From the sequence record phage_1: a stretch of DNA of 64,000 nt; one strand, written 5' to 3'. Below are positions 1-9,166 of the stretch, in pieces (the stretch's first letter is position 1; the number at the start of each line of letters is the position of its first letter). The position numbers and the translations under genes were made by a program. The notes under the pieces were generated by a model. It worked only from the letters and a program-made list of their open reading frames with translations, searched no databases and was not told the DNA's origin.

Positions 1-2
1 AA

Positions 3-260
3 ATCTTCATCACCCTCGGCATTGAGCGTCCGAAATCAACCGCATATCCGGTATCGGTTGCCAGCGTTATTCAGGAACTGGGCAAGATGCAGGAGCAGAC
101 CGTCGAAGTGAAAATCGACGAAGAGCAAATGCATATCGTTGCACAGGTACAGAAAACTCTGAACCTGGATAAACTGTACGCGGAAATCCGCAAGCAGCCG
201 AAAAAGAAACGTACTGCTGCCACAATCAAAGCAATGATGCGTGAAATTATCGGCAAGTAA
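3..260 (+). CDS. 3' end of a hypothetical protein running in from the left edge (IFITLGIERPKS...MMREIIGK*)
   Basis: My translation of the frame starting at nt 3 is open to TAA 258-260, and the terminator at 266-319 follows it. Not in the ORF track because its start lies outside the window. Confidence 0.75.
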   Translation: MFITLGIERPKSTAYPVSVASVIQELGKMQEQTVEVKIDEEQMHIVAQVQKTLNLDKLYAEIRKQPKKKRTAATIKAMMREIIGK

Positions 261-265
261 TGCGA

Positions 266-319
266 TAAAAAATAAAAGCCTACCTACTCCCAAGGGAGTA
301 GGTAGTTCTTTTTTTCTTT
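266..319. terminator. Bidirectional intrinsic terminator
   Basis: CTACCTACTCC-caag-GGAGTAGGTAG (280-305), with an A-tract on the left and a T-tract on the right, between convergent genes. Confidence 0.85.
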
Positions 320-941
320 AATTTGTTAACCCGTTATCTTTCAGGATTTTCAACATCGCATCATTCAACGCCTGCAGTTCTTGATTCTGCTTAGTGAGTG
401 TTGCAACTTGTTCTGTCAGAGGAACCTGCTCACGGATTTTGGCTTTACGCACCGCTTCCATTTGCAAGTGTTCTTCTTCCGTCACCGTCCCTTCGTAATC
501 CATCGATGTGATGTCCACACGTGCATCGATTCCTAAACCGCGTTCTAAGATGCTTTTCAGGTCGTTCGTTAGCAGTGTGACATCGACGTATTCGGGTATT
601 AATGCCAGGTCAATAACCACCACATTGCGTCTATAATTTAACCCGTTCAGTCCAGGATACGTCTCAATGTACGTATCAGGCAACTCGTAGACTTGACCGT
701 CCCTCGACTTTAATGTTACAATCGAGGCTTCGACATTAGCGTCGCTGATATAGTCGTCACGAGTTAGGCCGACAGGTTTATAATACTTGTTATAAACGTC
801 AATATTATTACGTTGGAGTTTCGGAAAGTTCTGTACCGCGTCAACACGGTAAATCACTTTATCTGGCAACGTATAAGGTGCCTTAACCTTGAACAACCCC
901 TCAAGGTTAACCTGAGGCGTGTTAGGCAACAGTTGTGCCAT
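318..941 (-). CDS. Putative virion structural protein, 207 aa, C-terminal coiled coil
   Basis: Long ORF with AGGAGG SD, co-oriented with the 459-aa structural gene; C-terminal heptads (LTEQVATLTKQNQELQALN). Virion role is inferred from synteny. Confidence 0.55.
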   Translation of the reverse strand: MAQLLPNTPQVNLEGLFKVKAPYTLPDKVIYRVDAVQNFPKLQRNNIDVYNKYYKPVGLTRDDYISDANVEASIVTLKSRDGQVYELPDTYIETYPGLNGLNYRRNVVVIDLALIPEYVDVTLLTNDLKSILERGLGIDARVDITSMDYEGTVTEEEHLQMEAVRKAKIREQVPLTEQVATLTKQNQELQALNDAMLKILKDNGLTN

Positions 942-951
942 TTAACCCTCC

Positions 952-2331
952 TTAGGCTTCTGGCTCTGCCNCAGGGACATCCCAAACAGCTTTGCGGGCC
1001 AAGACACGATACTCCACGTTATCGAATTCGAAGACGTAGAAGTAAACGTTAGGATCGACGTCGTCTACGAGCTTCACGATATCCAGCGGGGTGGAATGTG
1101 GGTGATACTCTTCCGCTGCGATTAACGCCTGGAAGAACAAGTCCAGCCACTCGGTGGTTTTCTTCGACATTCTCGCAATATCTGCATTGTTAGTGCCGAT
1201 TAATGCGTAGTCGGGAATCGTATCATGCAGGGTCGTTTTGCGTGAATCGTTTTCAGGGCCCGCGATAACTACAGCGTTTAGTGATTTATAGATGGACGGT
1301 AAATCCGTTACATCGGTAGTTGGAGTTGAGATTGCTCCACTATTTTTTTCCGTAATGGTTTGAACAGTCCACTCCCCAAATCGGGAGATTGCTTTGACCC
1401 AGAAATCATATGGGAGAATCGGCGAGTATAATGCCGCAACGTCTTCCTCATTTGGAANCCCACNAATTGACCAACCGGGAACAATTGTGAANTTGGNGGT
1501 CGTAAANATTTCTGGGAACACCTTGACACCCAACGCCACAGNAAAACTGGNGTTTNCCAAAATGTAATCACNNAACNCTTGTTTAATCCTGNTCGGGTTA
1601 CGACCCGCGCGTCCGTAGATGATAGCCGACATCGGTATCGGTAAGGTGGAATCAAAGTCTTCCTGGTCGTGCCAAGTATAGATGTTAGTAATCAGGCTAG
1701 TGTACGGATAACCGTCAGCTAATTCGTTAATCTTATTATGGTGATCCGGAAGGTTGAACCCTTCCATTGCCTTTTCGACTACAGATTTCACAGCCAAGAA
1801 AGTATCAACCGGTAATATCGGCATTTGGACTTCAATTTCAAATCCGGTATAGTCCTGATTGAAATCTTCATCAGCAAACCAGAGAATAATCTGGTTATTC
1901 ACATCAGATGGGTCTTCGACTTTATCTGCTGTGGTTTCAAGTTTCCAACTGACCCAACGTGGGAACCAGTTACTGTTAGTCTGAATCATCGCGCCAGACT
2001 GAACACCGCTGATGACACTATTAAATTGCCCCAACAGCAAACGCTGGAATTCAACTTCGTCGTTTCTTAAGTTGCCCAGGATAGACTGTTGGTAGATCCA
2101 TTGGGAAACAGTAAGAACGTGGTCGCTAAAGACGGCCGGGGTCTTAATAGGCAACTCGTCACGTTTAGAAGTAAAAGCAACCAGTTCCACCTGCAGATTT
2201 TCTTTAGTAAAATACTGCTTGCTTTTAGCGAACGAATATGACAGCTCAGACAACTCACCTACCGGAGCGGTGTTGCCAGGGCCATTATCAATCAGAGCCG
2301 CTATTTGAATAAAGCCTTGTAAATCATACAT
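952..2331 (-). CDS. Putative virion structural (tail/baseplate) protein, 459 aa (SPN3US gp203-like by synteny)
   Basis: Long ORF; size and position match a conserved phiKZ-like virion protein as I recall it. TATG overlaps the start. Confidence 0.6.
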   Translation of the reverse strand: MYDLQGFIQIAALIDNGPGNTAPVGELSELSYSFAKSKQYFTKENLQVELVAFTSKRDELPIKTPAVFSDHVLTVSQWIYQQSILGNLRNDEVEFQRLLLGQFNSVISGVQSGAMIQTNSNWFPRWVSWKLETTADKVEDPSDVNNQIILWFADEDFNQDYTGFEIEVQMPILPVDTFLAVKSVVEKAMEGFNLPDHHNKINELADGYPYTSLITNIYTWHDQEDFDSTLPIPMSAIIYGRAGRNPXRIKQXXXDYILXNXSFXVALGVKVFPEXFTTXXFTIVPGWSIXGXPNEEDVAALYSPILPYDFWVKAISRFGEWTVQTITEKNSGAISTPTTDVTDLPSIYKSLNAVVIAGPENDSRKTTLHDTIPDYALIGTNNADIARMSKKTTEWLDLFFQALIAAEEYHPHSTPLDIVKLVDDVDPNVYFYVFEFDNVEYRVLARKAVWDVPXAEPEA

Positions 2332-2355
2332 AATTAAAAACTCTCCGAGGTGAGC

Positions 2356-2865
2356 ATGATAGCATCAGTTTTCAAACTGCTTCCATTCTTACAAATGCTG
2401 TGGGAAGCATTTAAACCGGGCGAGGGGGAGAAAGTAACACGAGCCGGGAAAATAGTGACACTAGTGATAGTGGCACTGATCGCGTTCTCTGCATTTGTCT
2501 CATACGCCTACATTGTTCAATACCACACACTGGTTAGCGTTCAATCGCGTACTCAGTATCTGGAGATATCCTATAAGGAGCTAAAAGAGAAGTCCGATCA
2601 TGGCGAAGTGGAGAACAATAAGTTGTACGATCGTCTCTTCACGTGCCTGGGTTCTCGACCGCCATATGATGGTACCAAATCTCCAACAGGAACAGGCACT
2701 GAGGCCGCGGTTCCGCCTGTANAAANCAANCCNGTAANNCCNCCGGCNCCGTTNAATCCNTCTANCCCNCCNNCCAAGAAATACCNGGCCNCTTCTCNCC
2801 CGGTAGGGTCGCAGGAGGCAAATGATTTCCGACAGGAGATTATCAGTACGCTTAATAATCCATGA
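2356..2865 (+). CDS. Inner-membrane protein, probable i-spanin (Rz-like)
   Basis: Single N-terminal TM helix (IVTLVIVALIAFSAFVSYAYIV), then a coiled coil, one Cys and a Pro/Thr-rich linker. GAGGTG SD favours ATG 2356. Lies directly upstream of a lipoprotein. Confidence 0.55.
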   Translation: MIASVFKLLPFLQMLWEAFKPGEGEKVTRAGKIVTLVIVALIAFSAFVSYAYIVQYHTLVSVQSRTQYLEISYKELKEKSDHGEVENNKLYDRLFTCLGSRPPYDGTKSPTGTGTEAAVPPVXXXXVXXPXPXNXSXXXXKKYXAXSXPVGSQEANDFRQEIISTLNNP

Positions 2866-2874
2866 GGAGCATAC

Positions 2875-3354
2875 ATGAAGTTATTTTTGGTGGCGATACT
2901 GGTGCTATTGTTGACAGGATGCCCTGGAGCCATCCGTCACGTAGACCCAGATTACTCCTCAACCGGAGATTGGCCTTTTCGTCCTTTAGAACACCCACCA
3001 GTTTATGCTGGTGGGAACAGTCCTGAGGCGAAAAAGCTGGCAGGGAAAATGTTTGTTGCGGATGTGAACGCTTATGCTTATTACGTTTATCTGTACGCTA
3101 AGTCGTTGAACAATTACGCAGAAGCTAAGGGGTGGCGCACCCCGATGGCCGCACCGCTTTGTGAAGAGTTTATTCGCCCCACTCTTCATGATATACCCTC
3201 CGGGATATATCTCGACCCTGGTTCTCGTAGCCCTCAAGACATTAGTCGTGATTTGTCACGACAGATTAAGTCNCTCATTCGCAGCTATCGCGAAGACAGA
3301 GAGTCTTTTAATCATGCCTACGAACGGCACAAAAGTAGTTGCCTTGTGCAATGA
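2875..3354 (+). CDS. Lipoprotein, probable o-spanin (Rz1-like)
   Basis: Signal peptide MKLFLVAILVLLLTG-C with lipobox LTGC, Pro-rich N-terminal linker, two further Cys; GAGGAG SD. Confidence 0.6.
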   Translation: MKLFLVAILVLLLTGCPGAIRHVDPDYSSTGDWPFRPLEHPPVYAGGNSPEAKKLAGKMFVADVNAYAYYVYLYAKSLNNYAEAKGWRTPMAAPLCEEFIRPTLHDIPSGIYLDPGSRSPQDISRDLSRQIKXLIRSYREDRESFNHAYERHKSSCLVQ

Positions 3355-3357
3355 AAA

Positions 3358-3396
3358 CTCCCTCTTACCTTCGGGTAAGAGGGGATTTCCTTTTTT
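3358..3396 (+). terminator. Intrinsic terminator
   Basis: CCCTCTTACC-TTCG-GGTAAGAGGG followed by a T-tract. Confidence 0.85.
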
Positions 3397-3442
3397 ANNT
3401 TAATANTCAATANTGTGATATATAATCTCNTGGNGAGTTGAA

Positions 3443-4162
3443 ATGACATATCCTAAAATTCTGCCTGTTTTAACGCCCACCGTTGTTGTTGGGACGGACT
3501 TAGAGACCCTGGCTTTACGTCCAGATGCCTACATCTTAACGTTGGCAAACGTGGCATTCGATGTTCCGACAATGAAAATGATCGGTTCATGTTACCACAA
3601 AATCGACCCCAATGATGCAAAAGCAAAAGAAATCTTCTACATCGATCCACAAACGGTCGGTTATTGGGAAGGTAAAGGCGACCCCGAATACGCACCGAGC
3701 GAGAAAGCACGTATTGAAGCGTTTTCTGGGACCACTCCACTGCCAGAAGCACTGTGGGCGGCCAAAAAATGGTTGGATGATCTGGGCAACGTGAAAATGG
3801 TTATCACCATGCGCGGTCCCGATTTCGATGCTCCAATTCTGATGAACGCATTCGCGCAGTGCGATATCCCGCCGGGCAAGTACCGCAAGTTTTCTATATT
3901 GGACTCTGACCGGACTGCAGAACGTATTGCATATGCGTTTGGCCTGGAACCGAACTGGCACGCAGAAGCGCACCATTGGACCCGTGGCAAAGAAGCGTAC
4001 GAGCATAACGCTAGCTTCGATGCTGCGAAGGAAGCGTATTCTACGGCACGCATCTATCATTTGGCCCTGGTCGCGCGTACGTACGGCTTCGAACGCATGT
4101 TAGAAGCCCACCGCGAAATGTGCACAGGTGAATACATTCCACCGCAGTTGCGAGGAGAATAA
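3443..4162 (+). CDS. DEDDh-family 3'-5' exonuclease
   Basis: ExoI GTDLETL, ExoII RGPDFDAPIL, ExoIII HNASFDA. Confidence 0.8.
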   Translation: MTYPKILPVLTPTVVVGTDLETLALRPDAYILTLANVAFDVPTMKMIGSCYHKIDPNDAKAKEIFYIDPQTVGYWEGKGDPEYAPSEKARIEAFSGTTPLPEALWAAKKWLDDLGNVKMVITMRGPDFDAPILMNAFAQCDIPPGKYRKFSILDSDRTAERIAYAFGLEPNWHAEAHHWTRGKEAYEHNASFDAAKEAYSTARIYHLALVARTYGFERMLEAHREMCTGEYIPPQLRGE

Positions 4163-5676
4163 TGAAAGACGTCGACGTAGCGGTTATTTATACCGATGGT
4201 AGTCATACTGAGTCCCCGAAAGGTTCGGGGGCTGGTATTCATGGTTATTTATTCAACAACGGAGATTTGGAAGACAGTCAGGCTTATAGCCATCCGGGTG
4301 TTTCANAANGGATTACCACTGTTGGATANAAAAAAGNGCCGCAGGNTGNGAAGTGTCCGGNGTTGCCGGACACCGTTNAATTTNTNGACGCCGTTNTTCC
4401 CGTTCCNAAANAGTTNTNCNCAGATGTGGGNGNGTTAATCNCCTTCATCACGTTNTTTGAGAACGCGCCCTTCCGCGCGAAGAACTATATCATCTACGTG
4501 GATGCCAGTTACGTTGTAAACACTTTTAACGAGTGGATAGACGGCTGGCATAAACGTGGTTGGGTTCGTGCTGACGGTACTCCGCTGGCGAACAAAGAAC
4601 TTATTGTTCGTATCTGGGAAATCAAACAGCAGATGAAAAAAGAAGGACGGGGTGTTAAGGTTATCAAAATCAAAGGACACTCCGGCCACTACGGTAACGA
4701 CCGGGCGGACGAATTGGCTAGAAAAGGTTCAGCCATCACAGCGACCAACGACGGCGTTCCATATCAGCCGTACTGGTCGAAGGATGAGTTGCCTGCATCC
4801 GCGGAACCCGAGCCCATCGCCGCTGGGATGAACCTTGCGGCATATCCGCCTATTTGTACGGTTAAATATTGCTATCCGTTGGTGAACGAGGACCATCCTA
4901 CTGTAAAAGTGAAAGATGAAACTTTCTATTACATGTTTGGTGGCAACCATGCAAAGAACAAGGACGACTTGGTGTTTATTGGGAAAATGATTCCTGATGC
5001 ACACTTTTCCGTAATGTTCACTAAACAACCGTGGGATAACATCTACACGATTGTAAATACCCACGCCGCCCTGGCATGGAAAGATACACCGAAGATGCGG
5101 CAGTATGATCCAATCGGTGTTGTTAACAATGAGTTCGTTAAACGTAAGAAGTTCGTTGATGTGGCAGGTGATGGATTACCGGCAGACAAGATGCATTTCA
5201 GTGGAGAAGATTCCAATGTCTGGTTCTTTGAAGACCTGGCCATCTCCAGAATGCTTCGCCCGCCCTTATTGTCGTACCGTGCGCTGGATATTCGTGATGA
5301 ACTCGCTACAACGTTGCGAGATGTTCTGCATCAGGAAAAGGGTTACGTCTTAAACGACATTACCGACTTGCTATTCGACGACAAAGGTAAACCTGTCAAG
5401 GAATACTACCGTAGCGTCGATAAGTCAATAACGTTAAAGATTGACTTTCCGATGGGTAAACGACCTGTCTCGGTTATTTTGACTCGCGGTATCGATATTC
5501 CATCACGTACGGAAATCAACCGTATTAAAGAACCCGAAGGCCGTTATTACATCGCGGTGTGTCGTCCTGAAAAATACTACATCCGTTACTTCTTAATCTA
5601 TATCGGTAAAGAGTATCATGGGTTGTGGTGTGCGTATTACGCAAACCGTCGCATACTGCGAGAAGAAGAGGTGTAA
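4162..5676 (+). CDS. rnhA: Ribonuclease HI with a long C-terminal extension
   Basis: IYTDGS, YVDASYV, WHKRGW, KIKGHSGHYGNDRADELARKG are type-1 RNase H motifs. Coupled to the exonuclease by a TAATG overlap. Confidence 0.9.
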   Translation: MKDVDVAVIYTDGSHTESPKGSGAGIHGYLFNNGDLEDSQAYSHPGVSXXITTVGXKKXPQXXKCPXLPDTVXFXDAVXPVXKXXXXDVXXLIXFITXFENAPFRAKNYIIYVDASYVVNTFNEWIDGWHKRGWVRADGTPLANKELIVRIWEIKQQMKKEGRGVKVIKIKGHSGHYGNDRADELARKGSAITATNDGVPYQPYWSKDELPASAEPEPIAAGMNLAAYPPICTVKYCYPLVNEDHPTVKVKDETFYYMFGGNHAKNKDDLVFIGKMIPDAHFSVMFTKQPWDNIYTIVNTHAALAWKDTPKMRQYDPIGVVNNEFVKRKKFVDVAGDGLPADKMHFSGEDSNVWFFEDLAISRMLRPPLLSYRALDIRDELATTLRDVLHQEKGYVLNDITDLLFDDKGKPVKEYYRSVDKSITLKIDFPMGKRPVSVILTRGIDIPSRTEINRIKEPEGRYYIAVCRPEKYYIRYFLIYIGKEYHGLWCAYYANRRILREEEV

Positions 5677-5677
5677 C

Positions 5678-6418
5678 ATGTTGCGAGTCGTGAGTGAATC
5701 GCTCACGCTCCACACACAAAGTCTGATTAACTGTGTGGAGCAATACGGATGGATGTCGTGGATGGCAACGAACCGTGAGTTTGGTGCTGCGCCCATGGAA
5801 GATTACGACGTGTTGTACAAGTGGGGATTTGAAGCGGCTTGTGATGTTGTGGCAGAGCTGGTTACCGAAACAATTGCGCGTTACAACGCAAGATGTGATG
5901 AACCGATGCCTAAACAAGTCCCGCCGCAAATACCTCCGCTACCGACAATCGATCGTGAGCATTGTCGAATCTGGACAATGGAAGAGTTGTACGACGAACA
6001 CGTTAGAATGCTGAAACCGAACGAGCTAATAACCGGTGCGTTGAACTGGTTCTTACATCGTTTCTGGACAGAGTTGGTCGATGTGGCGGGTGACGAAGAT
6101 AATTGTTCTCAGGTTATTTGGTACGATCGAGCGATGTTTCATCGCAGTCTTAAAGATCGTAGTCTCTGCAACCTGTATATTGTTGACCCGTGTGAAGACA
6201 TTGTAAAGGTTGCAGAAGGTAACTCTTATTCCGACTTGGTGATGCCCGTGGTAGAAAAACCGATGGGTATTTTCCTGCAGGGNGACGNTTGGGTTTTAAC
6301 GGATGATATCTCGGGCTACCTGCTGGACCCGGATGACATTCACTCGGACGAACCTGATACCATCGAGTATTTTCACTTTACAGAACAGGCAGCACGCTTC
6401 TTGCATCTCTTAAAGTAA
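5678..6418 (+). CDS. Hypothetical acidic protein, 246 aa
   Basis: ATG 5678 sits just after the RNase H stop with a GAGG SD; the upstream track start overlaps RNase H. Confidence 0.7.
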   Translation: MLRVVSESLTLHTQSLINCVEQYGWMSWMATNREFGAAPMEDYDVLYKWGFEAACDVVAELVTETIARYNARCDEPMPKQVPPQIPPLPTIDREHCRIWTMEELYDEHVRMLKPNELITGALNWFLHRFWTELVDVAGDEDNCSQVIWYDRAMFHRSLKDRSLCNLYIVDPCEDIVKVAEGNSYSDLVMPVVEKPMGIFLQXDXWVLTDDISGYLLDPDDIHSDEPDTIEYFHFTEQAARFLHLLK

Positions 6419-6419
6419 T

Positions 6420-6438
6420 CTGAGATAGATATTATCTA
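6420..6438 (+). promoter_or_regulatory. Putative phage promoter/operator motif, copy 1 (CTGAGATAGATATTATCTA)
   Basis: 17/19 identical to 14958-14976 and 16/19 to 46615-46633; all three are intergenic and upstream of non-structural genes. Confidence 0.6.
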
Positions 6439-6471
6439 CAGGGACGTAACCTTAAGGAGAATTTATTCACG

Positions 6472-7206
6472 ATGCTTAAAGTCGAAGTGCCAGTGCTTTT
6501 AAACCTCACGCCCCAGTTCTTTGAAGCGTTGTTCGAAAAGCATTGGCCCGCGTTCGCGAAGAACGAACTAAAGGATAACCCACAGTGGTATCCACTGCGC
6601 GATGAATTCAAGTACACAGCCATCAACGTCTGTATAGAAGTCTTCACTGCGTGGTTACAAGAGATGTACGACTGCATCAACACCGAACGGTTGTTCACGC
6701 TAGAACATGTAGAGATTAATGTTGTTGACGTCTACGAAGGTTACACCTACGAAGAAGGCATTACTGCCACGGGGTTAAGCCAACAAGACGTTGAAGAACA
6801 AATCTTTGCGTGGATCGAGTGGTTCACGGAAAAGTTGATGCTGGCTGATTTTGTCACGCAGGTGGAAGATGTATTCATCCCAATGTACGAGCGGTTAGCT
6901 GAGATACGTCGTAACCATCGTCTGCTCGGTTACTGGTATGACACTTATACCACCTCCTCAACATTGTGGTCTTCCGCTACTGCCGCATTTGGCATAACTG
7001 AAGGCGATTACGATGTCATTCATTCCGGCCCTTGGCAGTATGGTTTCGGCACCCTGTGGCACGAGCTGACCGATGCCATGTGCCTGGACTTTTATCTGTG
7101 TGGAGGTAAGTTTTACACGGATAACTGCGTGAGCCAAATTCCGAATGGTGCGATGGTGGTGATGTGTCGCATCCGTAAAGAAGTCGCTGAGAAACTAAAC
7201 TACTGA
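6472..7206 (+). CDS. Hypothetical protein, 244 aa
   Basis: ORF with AAGGAG SD; no recognisable motif. Confidence 0.75.
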   Translation: MLKVEVPVLLNLTPQFFEALFEKHWPAFAKNELKDNPQWYPLRDEFKYTAINVCIEVFTAWLQEMYDCINTERLFTLEHVEINVVDVYEGYTYEEGITATGLSQQDVEEQIFAWIEWFTEKLMLADFVTQVEDVFIPMYERLAEIRRNHRLLGYWYDTYTTSSTLWSSATAAFGITEGDYDVIHSGPWQYGFGTLWHELTDAMCLDFYLCGGKFYTDNCVSQIPNGAMVVMCRIRKEVAEKLNY

Positions 7207-7219
7207 AGGAGTATTTAAA

Positions 7220-7591
7220 ATGACGCAAGACGAATTTGAAACGATGGTAAAACAGTATTACAAAGAAGGGACTATTCTGTACATAGTCGCACCCGAGAGC
7301 GAAAACTGGTTGACGTTATCGTCGCGGGTAACCACCCTACGCGGCCCAGTTTCTCAAGAAATAAGACAGATGGCTCGTATAGTTCGAGATACCGCCATCC
7401 AGGGCGGTAAAGTCGTCAGCTTCTCCCACCTCTCTCCGATCGGCCACTCTAACTTAGAAACCGAAGTTGATGTCGTTGCTACTGTTGGTTTTGATTTAGA
7501 TGGCTCTCCAGGCTCGAACCTTGTCGTGATTAAGAAATGGCGTGGATACGATGCAATCCCATCGCCAGGGGTGTGGCCGGCAACCAACTAG
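7220..7591 (+). CDS. Hypothetical protein, 123 aa
   Basis: ORF with AAGGAG SD. Confidence 0.75.
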   Translation: MTQDEFETMVKQYYKEGTILYIVAPESENWLTLSSRVTTLRGPVSQEIRQMARIVRDTAIQGGKVVSFSHLSPIGHSNLETEVDVVATVGFDLDGSPGSNLVVIKKWRGYDAIPSPGVWPATN

Positions 7592-7601
7592 AGGGGTCGC
7601 T

Positions 7602-8009
7602 ATGTTAAAGGTGTATAGCGAGTCATTGATGGACTTGCAAGAGTATCTAAAGCATGTGGAAATTAACGGCAACCGTGGAATGATATACTCCATGGTTGTC
7701 GAGATTTTAATTAAAATCGTGCTTGTTTCATTCCACGTAGCAGAAAATGGCACTGCTGTACCAGGAGATGTTTATAAAGGCGTTATTAAGCATCTTAGCG
7801 AGCGCTACAGTTGTTTACGTGAACCGGATATCTTTAATGAGGTGCAGCGTGTTGTGTTGCTTATCCTCGACAACCGTGAAGACTTGGCGTACAAGCTTGC
7901 GCATGAATTGGCAGACACGTCACAGCACGGTGGACAACTGAAATATAACGTTGTGGATCTCGTAGCGTGCAGATACTGGTATACGCAGCCCGAGGTAAGT
8001 AACTTTTAA
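7602..8009 (+). CDS. Hypothetical protein, 135 aa
   Basis: GAGGGG SD supports ATG 7602 rather than the track start 7542. Confidence 0.7.
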   Translation: MLKVYSESLMDLQEYLKHVEINGNRGMIYSMVVEILIKIVLVSFHVAENGTAVPGDVYKGVIKHLSERYSCLREPDIFNEVQRVVLLILDNREDLAYKLAHELADTSQHGGQLKYNVVDLVACRYWYTQPEVSNF

Positions 8010-8019
8010 GGAGCATTAG

Positions 8020-8559
8020 ATGCAAATCGTAATTGACTTCGCTCTGTCGGAGTCGAGACGTCAGCTAGATGAAATTCTGTTAGGATTAAAACGTGACGTG
8101 GAATTTGAACTTCACGATGCGTTGGCCGTCCACGAAAATCGTTTGTCTGACGAAATAGGTTCGGGTGTAGATGTGGCTATCTGTGACACTGGGGATATGG
8201 TAAATCAGCTTATTGAACGTATGTTCACGCGGCTGCGTAACATTCTGAACTATCCCCATCGTTTTGAACTGGTAGAAGGGACGGACCAAATCACCGACTT
8301 ATTGAGTGAAGCCTTTGATAAGGTTGGTGAATCTCTGGCGGGGTTACATCAAGAGAACCTGGGCGAGACATATGTTGCTGTGGTCATTAACGGGCAAACG
8401 TCGAACGTTACGGATACGGTAACATGGTCCGATATCGTTGACCAGCCAATCATTGACAAAATCACCAAGCTGTATCNTGAGGCGGAGATGAAGGTGCTGG
8501 CTATCTGTCGTCGCGAACTGCTCTATCTCGGCGAGAAATATGGGAAACCTGTTGAATGA
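8020..8559 (+). CDS. Hypothetical helical protein, 179 aa, paralogue of 8556-9098
   Basis: AAGGAG SD; visible colinear similarity to the next ORF. Confidence 0.75.
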   Translation: MQIVIDFALSESRRQLDEILLGLKRDVEFELHDALAVHENRLSDEIGSGVDVAICDTGDMVNQLIERMFTRLRNILNYPHRFELVEGTDQITDLLSEAFDKVGESLAGLHQENLGETYVAVVINGQTSNVTDTVTWSDIVDQPIIDKITKLYXEAEMKVLAICRRELLYLGEKYGKPVE

Positions 8560-9098
8560 AAATATTCATTGATTTACTCGATGACGAATTTCGTGAAATA
8601 TTTCCAGCGGCGTTGTTCGAGTTTAAGCGTAAGTGTGAAGACTATCTGATACCGAAGAATATCGATCGTCAACACCTCGCTGGACTTATCTCTGCGGCGT
8701 ACGTCAATATCGCGGTAAATGAAGTTCATCAACTCGCGCAACGTATTGCGTGTTTCGAATACAACGACGAAGACATTGAAGACGGCTTCCTGCAGTCTAA
8801 GATGGGTCGCTTCTCACTCGAACTCAAGACCGATGAGGTTATTGATAAGGTCGGTAAAGCCTTTGATGAAATGAAGGACATCGAAATGATGATTAAGATG
8901 TCTGGACCGGAAGCAGGCCCATTGAAAGAAGCGTGGGAACATCTCAACCGCGACGAGTATAAAGAGATGTACATGGGTGAGTTCACCACCATGCTACGTC
9001 ACCTCGAAGCACAGGTCTGGGAGCATATCGTTTCACGTCTGAAAGAAATACTGATTGTGATTGAGCCAATGCAGCCACTCGCTATTAGTAAATTCTAG
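8556..9098 (+). CDS. Hypothetical helical protein, 180 aa, paralogue of 8020-8559
   Basis: ATGA overlap with the upstream gene; terminator follows. Confidence 0.75.
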   Translation: MKIFIDLLDDEFREIFPAALFEFKRKCEDYLIPKNIDRQHLAGLISAAYVNIAVNEVHQLAQRIACFEYNDEDIEDGFLQSKMGRFSLELKTDEVIDKVGKAFDEMKDIEMMIKMSGPEAGPLKEAWEHLNRDEYKEMYMGEFTTMLRHLEAQVWEHIVSRLKEILIVIEPMQPLAISKF

Positions 9099-9102
9099 TT
9101 AA

Positions 9103-9138
9103 ACGGACACTCTTCGGGGTGTCCGTAGTTTTATTTTA
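9103..9138 (+). terminator. Intrinsic terminator
   Basis: ACGGACACTC-TTCG-GGGTGTCCGT followed by a T-rich tract. Confidence 0.8.
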
Positions 9139-9166
9139 ATCGACCATTAATCTAAAGGAGTATTAA

